Shown: positions 1 through 11,172, counted from the stretch's first letter. The stretch: DNA of 39,029 nt from Octopus bimaculoides (GCF_001194135.2 NC_068985.1:96354106-96393134), one strand, 5' to 3'. Notes: a model not told the origin generated them from the sequence alone. Numbers and translations are program-made.

Positions 1-57
<57 letters not shown>

Positions 58-610
58 TATATACATTCACACGTACGTTTGTATGTGTACATATACAGAT
101 ATACAATTATGTGTGTGTGCGTATGTGTCAACGTGTATATATATATATATATATATCTGTGCGTGTGTGTGTGTGTATACGTTGACACCAACACACTAAT
201 ACACACACATAATTTATACACGAATATATATGTAATATATGTGTATATATAGTTTAGGACTCTTGATATATGTGTGTGTGCATGCATATATGTATGTATG
301 CATGTGTCTATACACACACATACACACACATATATATATATACTGTTGAGATAGAGACAAATATTTTTAAACTGTGCATAGTTGTGGGTGTATGTTCTCA
401 GAGACTATTTTCATAGTCTAAATGCAGTGTCATAAATAATGTACAACATATATATACACACATACATAAACAACTGGAATATTTTATACAAACACTTGTG
501 CAGACGCCGTTCAAATTCATGTTTTCATGAACTATTAAGTTGTTAGCATAAATATATATACATATATATGTGCATACATATGTGCATATATATATATATA
601 TATATATATA
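1..610. repeat. (TA)n/(TG)n/(CA)n compound microsatellite region ending at an assembly gap
   Basis: Direct reading; (TA)n at 1-50 and 585-610 abutting N-run 611-1314. Confidence 0.9.
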
Positions 611-1314
611 NNNNNNNNNNNNNNNNNNNNNNNNNNNNNNNNNNNNNNNNNNNNNNNNNNNNNNNNNNNNNNNNNNNNNNNNNNNNNNNNNNNNNNNNNN
701 NNNNNNNNNNNNNNNNNNNNNNNNNNNNNNNNNNNNNNNNNNNNNNNNNNNNNNNNNNNNNNNNNNNNNNNNNNNNNNNNNNNNNNNNNNNNNNNNNNNN
801 NNNNNNNNNNNNNNNNNNNNNNNNNNNNNNNNNNNNNNNNNNNNNNNNNNNNNNNNNNNNNNNNNNNNNNNNNNNNNNNNNNNNNNNNNNNNNNNNNNNN
901 NNNNNNNNNNNNNNNNNNNNNNNNNNNNNNNNNNNNNNNNNNNNNNNNNNNNNNNNNNNNNNNNNNNNNNNNNNNNNNNNNNNNNNNNNNNNNNNNNNNN
1001 NNNNNNNNNNNNNNNNNNNNNNNNNNNNNNNNNNNNNNNNNNNNNNNNNNNNNNNNNNNNNNNNNNNNNNNNNNNNNNNNNNNNNNNNNNNNNNNNNNNN
1101 NNNNNNNNNNNNNNNNNNNNNNNNNNNNNNNNNNNNNNNNNNNNNNNNNNNNNNNNNNNNNNNNNNNNNNNNNNNNNNNNNNNNNNNNNNNNNNNNNNNN
1201 NNNNNNNNNNNNNNNNNNNNNNNNNNNNNNNNNNNNNNNNNNNNNNNNNNNNNNNNNNNNNNNNNNNNNNNNNNNNNNNNNNNNNNNNNNNNNNNNNNNN
1301 NNNNNNNNNNNNNN

Positions 1315-2040
1315 ATAAATTTGAGTGAAGTTTCTCTGTCCGTTACGTTTTTATATTCGTTAACTTCTCCAAGACCGTTGGTGCAAGAATAACGAAACTC
1401 AAACCAACAACTCCACTAATCGTAGGGAATGTCCTAAGGGGGTCTATTTTTTAAGGGCCGCCTAATTGGGACCCCACTGACCCCCTATTTTTACTGCATC
1501 TTAAACTTAATGCTTTTAGCCTAACTAAACGAGCTTTGGTCAATATAAAGATCCTCACCTTTTAACGAAAACAAAAAGACCCCCAGCCTGCTGGGTGTTA
1601 ACAACTGTGTAGAAAACGAATGTGAAAAAAAAAATTTGCGCAAACGAACCCGATAGGTGGGGATAGGACTTTCGGAAAATTCAGAAGATCGGATTTTTCC
1701 CTCATAACTTTCAGGAAAATGGATATATATTGAAAGAGACCCAACATCCTCCCCTCCCAATTCTATGGCCTTGGCCTTCAAGCAGGCTACCCACATGCTA
1801 GAAATAACAGCCGAATCTCAAATGCGCAATACCATATGGCATTGGTGACCAAATCGGAGCAATGACAATGATTTTCATACCATGAACTCCCAGAGAGTAT
1901 TGCAAGGAGGTTCAATATCTGAAGGACCGTTTAAATGGGGCCCCACTGACCCCTCTTCCTATTCTGACTGCATTTATCTCGCTCCTACACTTAATTAAAC
2001 CAGGATCAGCATCAGTGCTTAGCACATTTGCAGAAATAAA
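1315..2040 (+). mobile_element. Unclassified non-autonomous element, possibly Helitron-like 5' portion
   Basis: Begins at gap edge with ATAAATTTGAGTGAAGTTTCTCTGTCCG...TAACTTCTCC...GAAACTC, resembling animal Helitron heads; ~50-bp internal direct repeat at 1452-1500 and 1921-1974; no 3' hairpin-CTAG end identified. Confidence 0.35.
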
Positions 2041-2167
2041 TTTCCGTATTCTAATTACCTTCACGTACATTCAAATCGAGGTAAAGAGTTATAACAGGTA
2101 TGTTTCAGATGCGGTTGTGTGGATATTTATATTTTGTAGTTTATGAAGCTTATGTCTAGTAATTATA

Positions 2168-2292
2168 GGCGCAGGAGTGGCTGTGTGGTAAGTAGCTTGC
2201 TTACCAACCACATGGTTCCGNNNNNNNNNNGCGGTGCTCCAGCATGGCCGCAGTCAAATGACTGAAACAAGTAAAAGAGTAAAGAGTAAGAG
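2168..2292 (+). mobile_element. Composite SINE B/C (head 2168-2220, tail 2231-2292, middle collapsed in 10-N gap)
   Basis: Head GGCGCAGGAGTGGCTGTGTGGTAAG...CATGGTTCCG; tail GCGGTGCTCCAGCATGGCCGCAGTCAAATGACTGAAACAAGTAAAAGAG matches copies at 15630-15665, 23060-23100 and 30591-30650 (rc). Confidence 0.85.
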
Positions 2293-2341
2293 TTAGGAAT
2301 TGTATAAAAGATTTAAAACATTTTGTGTATTGTGGGAATAT

Positions 2342-2560
2342 CTTTTAGCTTTTAACTTTTAGCTTTTACTTGTTTCAGTCGTTTGAAGGGTTTCAGCCGA
2401 ACAAATCGATTTTAGGACTTATTTTTTAAAGCCAAGTACTTATTCTATCGTTCTCTTTTGCTGAACCACAAGGTTACAGGGAAGTAAACACACCACAACC
2501 GGTTATCAAACGTTGGTGGAGGACGAACGCAGACACAGAGACACACACTCATATATATGT
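2342..2560 (-). mobile_element. SINE C portion (3' half of composite SINE)
   Basis: Reverse complement of ACCGGTT..GTGTGTTTAC..TAAC..GCAAAAGAG..CGATAGAATAAGTAC...CTGAAACAAGTAAAAG module seen at 8400-8570. Confidence 0.8.
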
Positions 2561-2572
2561 GTGTGTCTGTGT

Positions 2573-2897
2573 GAAGGCACGTGGTATTAGTGGTTAAGGC
2601 ATTCGGCTCGCGATTGTAAGGTTGTGAGTTCGATTCCCGGCGACGCGTTGTGTCCTTGAGCAAGACACTTTATTTCACGGTGCTCCAGTCCACTCAGCTG
2701 GCAAAAATGAGTAATACCTGTATTTCAAAGGGCCAGCCTTGTCACACTCTGTTGTCATGCTGAATCTCCCTAAGAACTACGTTAAAGGTACACATATCTG
2801 TGGATTACTCAGTCACTTGCACGTTAATTTCATGAGCAAGTTGTTCCGTTGATCGTATCAGCTGGGACCCTCGTCGTCGTAACCGACGGAGTGCTCC
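2573..2897 (+). mobile_element. tRNA-derived SINE family D, near full length
   Basis: A-box TAGTGGTTAAGG and B-box GAGTTCGATTCC; CORE-like GTGTCCTTGAGCAAGACACT; body aligns by eye to reverse copies at 6076-6396 and 7505-7714. Confidence 0.9.
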
Positions 2898-3774
2898 TAT
2901 CCTATATATATATATATATATATATNNNNNNNNNNNNNNNNNNNNNNNNNNNNNNNNNNNNNNNNNNNNNNNNNNNNNNNNNNNNNNNNNNNNNNNNNNN
3001 NNNNNNNNNNNNNNNNNNNNNNNNNNNNNNNNNNNNNNNNNNNNNNNNNNNNNNNNNNNNNNNNNNNNNNNNNNNNNNNNNNNNNNNNNNNNNNNNNNNN
3101 NNNNNNNNNNNNNNNNNNNNNNNNNNNNNNNNNNNNNNNNNNNNNNNNNNNNNNNNNNNNNNNNNNNNNNNNNNNNNNNNNNNNNNNNNNNNNNNNNNNN
3201 NNNNNNNNNNNNNNNNNNNNNNNNNNNNNNNNNNNNNNNNNNNNNNNNNNNNNNNNNNNNNNNNNNNNNNNNNNNNNNNNNNNNNNNNNNNNNNNNNNNN
3301 NNNNNNNNNNNNNNNNNNNNNNNNNNNNNNNNNNNNNNNNNNNNNNNNNNNNNNNNNNNNNNNNNNNNNNNNNNNNNNNNNNNNNNNNNNNNNNNNNNNN
3401 NNNNNNNNNNNNNNNNNNNNNNNNNNNNNNNNNNNNNNNNNNNNNNNNNNNNNNNNNNNNNNNNNNNNNNNNNNNNNNNNNNNNNNNNNNNNNNNNNNNN
3501 NNNNNNNNNNNNNNNNNNNNNNNNNNNNNNNNNNNNNNNNNNNNNNNNNNNNNNNNNNNNNNNNNNNNNNNNNNNNNNNNNNNNNNNNNNNNNNNNNNNN
3601 NNNNNNNNNNNNNNNNNNNNNNNNNNNNNNNNNNNNNNNNNNNNNNNNNNNNNNAACTCGAAACCTGTTAAGTTCAATAAGAACCAAATAGGAAGGCCAC
3701 TGAGTAATCGCTTGACCTGCCAGAAGGAGCAGTCGAATAAAATTTATCTTTTAAAAATCAGGAAAACAACACAA

Positions 3775-3890
3775 AGGCGCTGGCGTGGCTGGCTGGTTGG
3801 TTAAGAAGCGCGCTTTGTAGCCTTGTGGTACTGGGTTCAGTCCTTCTACAGAGCATCTATAGCCTTTCACTATAAACCCGGACCAACCAA
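3775..3890 (+). mobile_element. Diverged SINE B head, 3'-truncated
   Basis: GGCGC..GTGGCTG..TGGTTAAGAAGC...GGGTTCAGTCC...ACTATA..CCCGGACCAACCAA parallels B copies at 2168 and 34416. Confidence 0.65.
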
Positions 3891-4023
3891 TACCCTGCTG
3901 GAGCCTCGTGGAGCTTTAGGTGTTTTCGCTCAATAAACACTAACAACGCCCGGTCTGGGAATCGAAACCGCGAACCTACGACTGCGAGTTGGCTGCCTTA
4001 ACCACTGAGCCATTGCGCCTCCA
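3891..4023 (-). mobile_element. tRNA-derived SINE family E head, 3'-truncated
   Basis: rc reads GGAGGCGCAATGGCTCAGTGGTTAAGGCAGCC...GGTTTCGATTCCCAGACCGGGCG: A/B boxes, followed by non-tRNA body rather than an acceptor stem. Confidence 0.75.
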
Positions 4024-5073
4024 CTACATACACATATACACACGCACATACACACACACAAACACACACACGCACATACATACACACGCCCACTCACATA
4101 CGCGCGCGCACACACACACATGTACATACACACATGTACATACACACATGTACGTACACACATATACATACACACACAGTCTGCCCGTCTCCCCTTTGTT
4201 TCCGCTCTCTCTCTCTGCCAATCAATTCATACAAATTACCTGGCTGTCATGCTCACTGCGGTTCGTCCTCTCAATTAAGCGATAAATTTCTTTACTTCTG
4301 CGTCGCATTTAATCTTTTAAACCGGCAAGAAATAGCAGCTGAATCCTTCTCAAATTATATCCTACATCATCAAAGCTAGGTATGCAATCTTTAAGATAAC
4401 ATGTTCACATTAGTGTATTGCTGTTGTTGTTGGCGCTGTGTCGCTTACGACGACGAGGGTATACGTGCAAATTTGTATTGTTTTATTTTATGCATGTATT
4501 CCCATGCCTATAGTTGCCTATCTAGACATGTTCATATATATTTAAATGATAAACTTCTGGAATGTTTTACAGATTTTTACAGTTCCAGTGATGGTTTGAA
4601 TCTGTAGACTTCAAATCAGCTTTCTACTTTCTGGTTTAGAGAAGCCAAATTTCTTAAAATTGGCATTTAGGTAGTGTGTTTGTTACATATCCCAGTGCCC
4701 CAATAATTACAGGTATAAACCTGACTTATAATCTGGGTAGAGTAACTGTAAATTCTCAATAGTTCAGCGTAGGTATTCTCTTTTTCACTGATCTTCAGTT
4801 GTATGTATGTATGCATGTATGTATGTATGTATGTATGTATCCTTCCTGCTCTATGCCATCGGGTCAACGAGTAACTCCTGGTAACTTCCTTGACAAATGC
4901 CTACCACTGCGCTCCGTTTTGGGTAGGGCTCAGCAGATGGCGTGAGGTTGGTTGTCATTTCACTTGTTTCATGTCAATAGGCCACTGCCAAACCAGTATC
5001 CCACGCCGAAACCTGTTCGAGATGCGTACACACATATTTACGCTTACGTAAATAGTTATGCTTATGCACATAC

Positions 5074-5400
<327 letters not shown>

Positions 5401-6075
5401 CGATCATACGCTTCTATGTATATTCGTCTCTGTACACTTACCATTCATTTCTCATGATGACTAAAATTTAATATTGGCACCGTAATTATCCAAACATTTC
5501 TATGAAGATGTAGGTGAATTACCATCAGATGTTCTCTCACGAGGCCATTCGGTGCGTTGCTAACAACATTTTAATTATCCCGTTTTAATTCATCAAGGCT
5601 TGGGGAGGTTCCAGTACAAGAAAACAGTCTGATATACCAACGTTATATATATTGCCTCCAACTTGCTAAAAGATTTGGCCCAAAACTACCGTTGTTATTA
5701 TTTTTGTTGTTGTTGCTATTGTTTTGCAGTTTATAGCATTTAAGGAAAGAAAAAAAGACCCTAAATCTTTGTTATTGCTGTTGTTGTTACTGTCACTGTT
5801 GATCCTAGGGTTGCTTTGCTTGCGTTTAATTCCGTAGGTATGGTTTGATGTCTTTACCCTCCCAAGAAGGTGTCGGATTGAAAGTTGCTGTTGTCTTTGT
5901 TGCTGTTATTTTGATGTGGTCGGATGCGTTTACAGAGCTCAGCTTAGAAGTTAATTTCTTTTAGGAAGAAAAAAAAGAACCACATATTTCTTATGTGGTT
6001 CCTTTTACCAAGAATTCTCATTGAAATATTTAAACGTTTGCCCCCATTCCATGGAGAATTAGAAGAAAAAAAAAC

Positions 6076-6396
6076 TGGCATTCGGTTGATTACGACGACG
6101 AGGGTTCCAGTTGATCCAATAAACCGAACAGCCTTCCCGTGAAATTAAAGTGCATCTGGCTGAGTACTCCACAGCCACACGTACCCTTGACGTAGTTCTT
6201 AGAGAGTTTCAGCGTGACACAGAATGTGAAAAGGCTGCCATTTTGAAATCCAGGTACTACTCATTTATGCCAGCTGAGTGGCTTGGAGCAACGTGAAATA
6301 AAGTGTCTTGCTCAAGGGCAAAACACGCTTTCAGGAATCGAACTCATGACCTTACGATCGTGAGCTGAATACCCTAACCACTAAGCCACGCGCCTT
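6076..6396 (-). mobile_element. SINE family D, full length
   Basis: Reverse complement of 2573-2897, including head (GGAATCGAACTC...CTAACCACTAAGCCACGCGCC) and tail (TACGACGACGAGGGTTCCAG). Confidence 0.9.
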
Positions 6397-7504
6397 TACA
6401 ACAGAAGGAGAATGCTGTATTTGATGGCATACAAGACGCACTCCTGGCCTTACCGAAAAATGTCTAAAATAAAACTCTGGATCGTAAATTTGGGCCTTCC
6501 ACACGGCTTAAGCACTAAAATCATTTTTTCTTTCTGACGGTGGGGTGCGTCTAATATGTCTTTTATGTATGTATGTATGTATGTATGTATGTATGTATGT
6601 ATGTATGTATGTATGCATGNNNNNNNNNNNNNNNNNNNNNNNNNNNNNNNNNNNNNNNNNNNNNNNNNNNNNNNNNNNNNNNNNNNNNNNNNNNNNNNNN
6701 NNNNNNNNNNNNNNNNNNNNNNNNNNNNNNNNNNNNNNNNNNNNNNNNNNNNNNNNNNNNNNNNNNNNNNNNNNNNNNNNNNNNNNNNNNNNNNNNNNNN
6801 NNNNNNNNNNNNNNNNNNNNNNNNNNNNNNNNNNNNNNNNNNNNNNNNNNNNNNNNNNNNNNNNNNNNNNNNNNNNNNNNNNNNNNNNNNNNNNNNNNNN
6901 NNNNNNNNNNNNNNNNNNNNNNNNNNNNNNNNNNNNNNNNNNNNNNNNNNNNNNNNNNNNNNNNNNNNNNNNNNNNNNNNNNNNNNNNNNNNNNNNNNNN
7001 NNNNNNNNNNNNNNNNNNNNNNNNNNNNNNNNNNNNNNNNNNNNNNNTTTACCCAAGTACAAAACTGAAGCACCCAGATGACGTTGGCTACCTTTCGGTA
7101 CAGTCAACCTCAAAAGGTACCCGCAAACAGCTTTGGATGCACCCAGTTTCAATTCAATGAGTAACAGTCAAGCCGTGTCGAGGGTAGCTCTGAGGTTACC
7201 GAACTGGTGGGTTCTCGGCCGTGTGTGGGTGGGTTAACCAATCCCTGTTTCACAATTTAAATTTACATCTTTTAACTGTTCTATTTTTTTTATTTTCATA
7301 ATTTCTGTGTTTATAAATCTATATCAATTGATAATCGGTTCACTCCATAAAGACCTCTTCTTGTTTCCTTTCGGATAAATTTTGTCTTGTTTCACGATTT
7401 TACTACTACAATGATTACGGTTTCATTGTATGTATGTATGTATGTATGTATGTATGTATGTATACATATATTTTCAAATATACATATATATGTGTATATA
7501 TATA

Positions 7505-7711
7505 GGAGCACTCTGTCGGTTACGACGTCGAGGGTTCCAGCTGATACGATCAACGGAACAGCTTGCTCGTGAAATTAACGTGCAAGTCACTGAGCAATCC
7601 ACAAACACGTGTACCTCTAACGTAGTTCTCAGGGAGATTCAGCGTGACATAGAGTGTGACCAGGCTGGCCCCTTTGAAATACAGGTACTACTTATTTTTT
7701 GCTAGCTGAGT

Positions 7712-7714
<3 letters not shown>
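7505..7714 (-). mobile_element. SINE family D, 5'-truncated
   Basis: Matches rc of 2690-2897; flanked by (TA)n/(TATG)n. Confidence 0.9.
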
Positions 7715-7756
<42 letters not shown>

Positions 7757-7763
7757 TTGTATG

Positions 7764-7794
<31 letters not shown>

Positions 7795-7989
7795 AGACAG
7801 TTATAGAACAGCCATGATATAGTGTCAAAAAAAAAACGTTACCGTCTAGTATTGTTACTGCTTATATCTCGTTTAGAGGTTTTAGAACTAGCTATTTTGC
7901 TCCTTACGAGAACAGCGACTGTCTGCCGCTTCTCTGTTTATATATTGTGAGTTGGGACGATTGACTACCATCTCTAGCAGGCAGGATGT

Positions 7990-8034
7990 CCAGTACCGAT
8001 GAAGGGTAAAGATCCAGAAACCATGGTCTACTGG
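7990..8034 (+). ncRNA. Minimal type I hammerhead ribozyme motif (U4C core variant), probable Penelope-like/retrozyme terminus remnant
   Basis: CCAGTA-CCGATGA-AGGGTAAAGATCCA-GAAA-CCATGG-TC-TACTGG: perfect 6-bp stem I, short stem II, palindromic stem III ACCATGGT, GUC triplet. Confidence 0.7.
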
Positions 8035-8126
8035 TGTTGCCACGTTGGAACTGAGTGATTCGCTCCCTTACTCACAATATACCGAAACCGACTCTATATC
8101 GCTAACCAGCTGTAAAAGACGTTTTC

Positions 8127-8289
8127 CTAGGGTCTTCCATTAGCCACCCTCTTGACTCGGGGCAGCACTACCTTCTCCAAGCACTTGATGTAGGCGTCCG
8201 TGTTGAGTCTGAGGCTGTGTGGGAAGATGAATGGAAGCATAATGGCGCCATGACTAGTGATCACTCCAAGCATCATGATGTTGACCGGA
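8127..8289 (-). pseudogene. Tc1/mariner-superfamily transposase catalytic-domain fragment (DD37D/maT-like)
   Basis: PVNIMMLGVITSHGAIMLPFIFPHSLRLNTDAYIKCLEKVVLPRVKRVANGRP* matches the segment between first and second catalytic Asp (MVxGxITxxG..P.F....R.N...Y...L...VLPW); stop where YVWQQD would be expected. Confidence 0.8.
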
Positions 8290-8317
8290 TTTGGTAGACG
8301 GAAACTGAACAAACCCG

Positions 8318-8368
<51 letters not shown>

Positions 8369-8580
8369 ATTGTGTCTGTGTTTGTTTCCCGACCAACGCT
8401 TGACAACCGGTATTAGTGTGTTTACGTCCCCCGTAACTTAGCAGTTTGGCAAAAGAGACCAATAGGATAAGTACCAGATTTAAGGAATAAGTAGTGGTAT
8501 TGATTCATTCGACTAAAATTCTTCAAAGCGGTGCCCCAGCATGGCCGCAGTCTAATGTCTGAAAAACGTAAAATATAGAA
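8287..8580 (+). mobile_element. Composite SINE B-(TG)n-C, 5'-truncated
   Basis: GGATTTGGTAGACGGAAACTGAA (B) joined by ~25 TG units to TGTGTCTGTGTTTG...CAGCATGGCCGCAGTC (C). Confidence 0.85.
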
Positions 8581-9025
8581 AGATCATTGTCATGGTAACG
8601 AAGATTTAGAGATTTACTTGTGCCACAGCACTGGTAACGATCGTAGGTCCCTCTCTCCTTTGCGGTTAGGTAGAGTAAAAACAGAAATTAATTGATATTC
8701 AGAAGATAATTGTAACACAGAGATATATCAACCGTCCCTACTAGAATAATTCATTTATAAAAGATTCGCGAAAAATCAAATGTTCTGCTTCAGTCAGTAT
8801 TTTTTGTGTTGACAATAAGGAGCGTTTGAACATATGAAGTTAATAATGAATATACCATATTTTTATCAAAGGGGTGCCTCTTCCTGGAAGAACATTCCTT
8901 CAGACTGTCTTCTTAGACTGTAAGTGATATAATTATGGTGAAAGGGAATGTTAAAAGGCGGTGGAGTGGGAGAACCATTAAAGCTTTCGGATGAACTAAC
9001 TTGAAGTATTTATTGTGGTCTTTTA

Positions 9026-9115
9026 CATTCAGAGTTCAAATTCTGCCGAGGTCAAATTTGCCTTTCATTCTTAACATAAAATACCAGTTGTGTACGTGGA
9101 TCAATTTGATCGATA
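9026..9115 (+). mobile_element. SINE family A fragment
   Basis: GAGTTCAAATTCTGCCGAGGTC..TTTGCCTTTCAT...AAATACCAGTTG matches 23575-23670. Confidence 0.75.
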
Positions 9116-9167
9116 TCCAAGATGAATGAAACTCTTACTCCCATCGGCTAACAATATTCCTTTAAGT

Positions 9168-9482
9168 CAATGGTTCTCAACCGGGGTCCATATAAAATTT
9201 TTGGGGGGTCCACGTAACAAAATAGCAAATTAAGGATCCACTATAGTATTTTAAGGGCTTTAGATGTATATATTTGATATGTGTTGCAAGAAACACTTAG
9301 GTTTCTTTCTCTAATATTTTACATAGTTCAGCCTACACAAGTGAATGTGTGAAAAACAAAATAGGAATTTTGAAAGAAGTTTCTACAAAACTAGTTTTTA
9401 AACATCGAATGGCTATAGGGGTCCACCAGAATAAAATAATAACCAAAGGGGTCCATAGATAAAATATGGTTGAGAGCCCCTG
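9168..9482. mobile_element. Complete hAT (Charlie-like) MITE, 315 bp
   Basis: TIRs CAATGGTTCTCAACC / GGTTGAGAGCCCCTG; perfect 8-bp TSD CTTTAAGT at 9160-9167 and 9483-9490; repeated GGGGTCCA subterminal motifs. Confidence 0.92.
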
Positions 9483-9572
9483 CTTTAAGTAGATGCAATC
9501 CTTCGCATTATTAGCTTCAAATCACATTCGATCTGACTACATTGACAGAAGAAGAAAAGATATTAACAGACC

Positions 9573-9734
9573 TAATGCTTAGCAGCATTTTGCCCGACTT
9601 TACGCCTTTAGTTCAAATTCTGCCAAAGATGACTTTGCCTTTCATCCTCTCAGAATCGATAAAATAAGTGCCAGTTAATGTAATCGACTAGTCCGCTTCC
9701 CCGAAATTGCTGGCCTTGTGCCAAAATTTGAAAC

Positions 9735-9737
<3 letters not shown>
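9573..9737 (+). mobile_element. SINE family A, 5'-truncated, with (ATT)n tail to 9780
   Basis: GTTCAAATTCTGCC..GACTTTGCCTTTCATCC...CGATAAAATAAGTGCCAG...GCCTTGTGCCAAAATTTGAAACC. Confidence 0.8.
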
Positions 9738-9780
<43 letters not shown>

Positions 9781-10337
9781 GAGTGAGAAAGCAGTGCATG
9801 CCATCAAAGTGACACTGGGGTACAAATATACGAAGCCCAATATACCCATCATGACTACCCGTCTGATAAGGGTACACCAGGCACATGCATCACAACCATA
9901 TGTGCGCGACATGGTGATCTCATATCAAGATAAACAGCGCATGACCTCGCAGGTGGGGCTCAGTTAGAATTTTCTTCAGGTTGAGTAGCCCATCCCATTC
10001 AAAAGGTCCTTGAATAAAGATTGTTTAAGGATGTTGATCGAAACACCTATATTTCCAGAGGTGATTCATTCAAATTTCAAAGAATTCCTCTCAACACATG
10101 GCTATGATGCTCCCCCACTACTTCTGCTCGTGATCAGAGATGCACATATCGTCAGCCATCAAGGGACATGTTCATCTGGTTAAGGTCAAACAACTGACAA
10201 AAAATCTGTGGTATTGAACAGAATATTTGCTGTAGCCCATCTTTTATGCCAAGACAAAACAATATGCATAATAACACTTCCAATCACTTAAGATCAGTAG
10301 ACATGTGAGCCAGTGACTGGTACTGCATCAGACCAGT
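9781..10337 (-). mobile_element. Non-coding 3' end of an unclassified non-LTR retroelement with (AAT)n tail
   Basis: GC-richer ~560-bp block ending (on -) in CTTTCTCACTC followed directly by (AAT)n; recalled as a recurrent octopus repeat; class not determined. Confidence 0.55.
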
Positions 10338-10424
10338 TATTATCATTATTGCTGTTGTCGTTGTTGTTGTTAAAGCGGTGAGCTGGTAGGGTGTGTGTAC
10401 GTACATGCACATATTGATAGATTT

Positions 10425-10573
10425 GATGAGCTTCCATAACAGGATTTCACTCGCAAGGCTTTAAGTCTAACCAAAGAGTCTCTGGGATAAGATAGTTATT
10501 TTCAAGAGGTGCCACGCAATAGGATCGAACACGAAACCCCATGGTTGTGAAATAATTTCCTTTCTCTAACCAC
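10425..10573 (-). mobile_element. Diverged SINE B head
   Basis: TTCACTCGCAAGGCTTT...GGTGCCACGCA..GGATCGAAC...CCATGGTTG...TAACCAC parallels rc of B. Confidence 0.6.
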
Positions 10574-11059
10574 ATTCTTATATTTATACCCAGGCTATAC
10601 CAATTCCGCTTTGCTGACTTCGTAAAACATTTAGAGATGAACATTAAACAGTTGTGTTCCGTCCCTATCTTGTGTAGATCTGGCGCTGTGAAAGAAATAT
10701 AAGGAATATAAGAAGTATTGTCAATCATTTCAAGAACTAGACTATCCACCTGTTCAACAAATGTCTGCTCTTGCGGTTCTCTACTGCACTTTTTAACACC
10801 CGTCTTGAAACCTAGAACTCTCTTATCATTCCTACAACACCGCCACATGCTGTATATTCCTCTTGAAATGAGAATGGCGAAGAACATCAAAACACTGCCA
10901 AAACAAACAAACACACTCACGCATACACACGTGCATACACACACGCGCGTGCGCATGCGCTCGCACAGACGTAAAAACACACACATGTAAATGCATACAC
11001 AAATACAGAAACACGTTCACAAACACATGCACACACACACACACATACACACACACACA

Positions 11060-11172
11060 CACACACAAACGGGAAAACATGTGAACACACACTCATAAAC
11101 AGGGAAACATACACGCACATACATACACACAAACGGGCAAACACATGCACACACACACTCATAAGCAAGCAA

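Noticed and set aside
2573-2645. tRNA gene candidates (also 3945-4023, 6330-6396, 23523-23610)
   Set aside because: A/B boxes continue into shared SINE bodies and no complete acceptor stem forms; these are SINE heads.
3655-3675. CTCGAAACCTGTT at gap edge, also CCGAAACCTGTT at 5006
   Set aside because: The 5' half is hidden in the gap or non-canonical (CAGCAGA), and stem III is not palindromic; cannot be supported.
4439-4470. TACGACGACGAGGGT..ACGTGCAA
   Set aside because: Too short; probably a deleted remnant of the SINE D tail.
10140-10160. Minus-strand CTGACGA in the 9781-10337 element
   Set aside because: No downstream GAAA or stem II.
10447-10986. 179-aa minus ORF and plus-strand exon candidates after CCCAG (10600)
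   Set aside because: The N-terminus is microsatellite-derived, no domain is recognisable and no convincing donor exists; a weak inverted repeat (10681-10703/10821-10845) suggests a decayed repeat.
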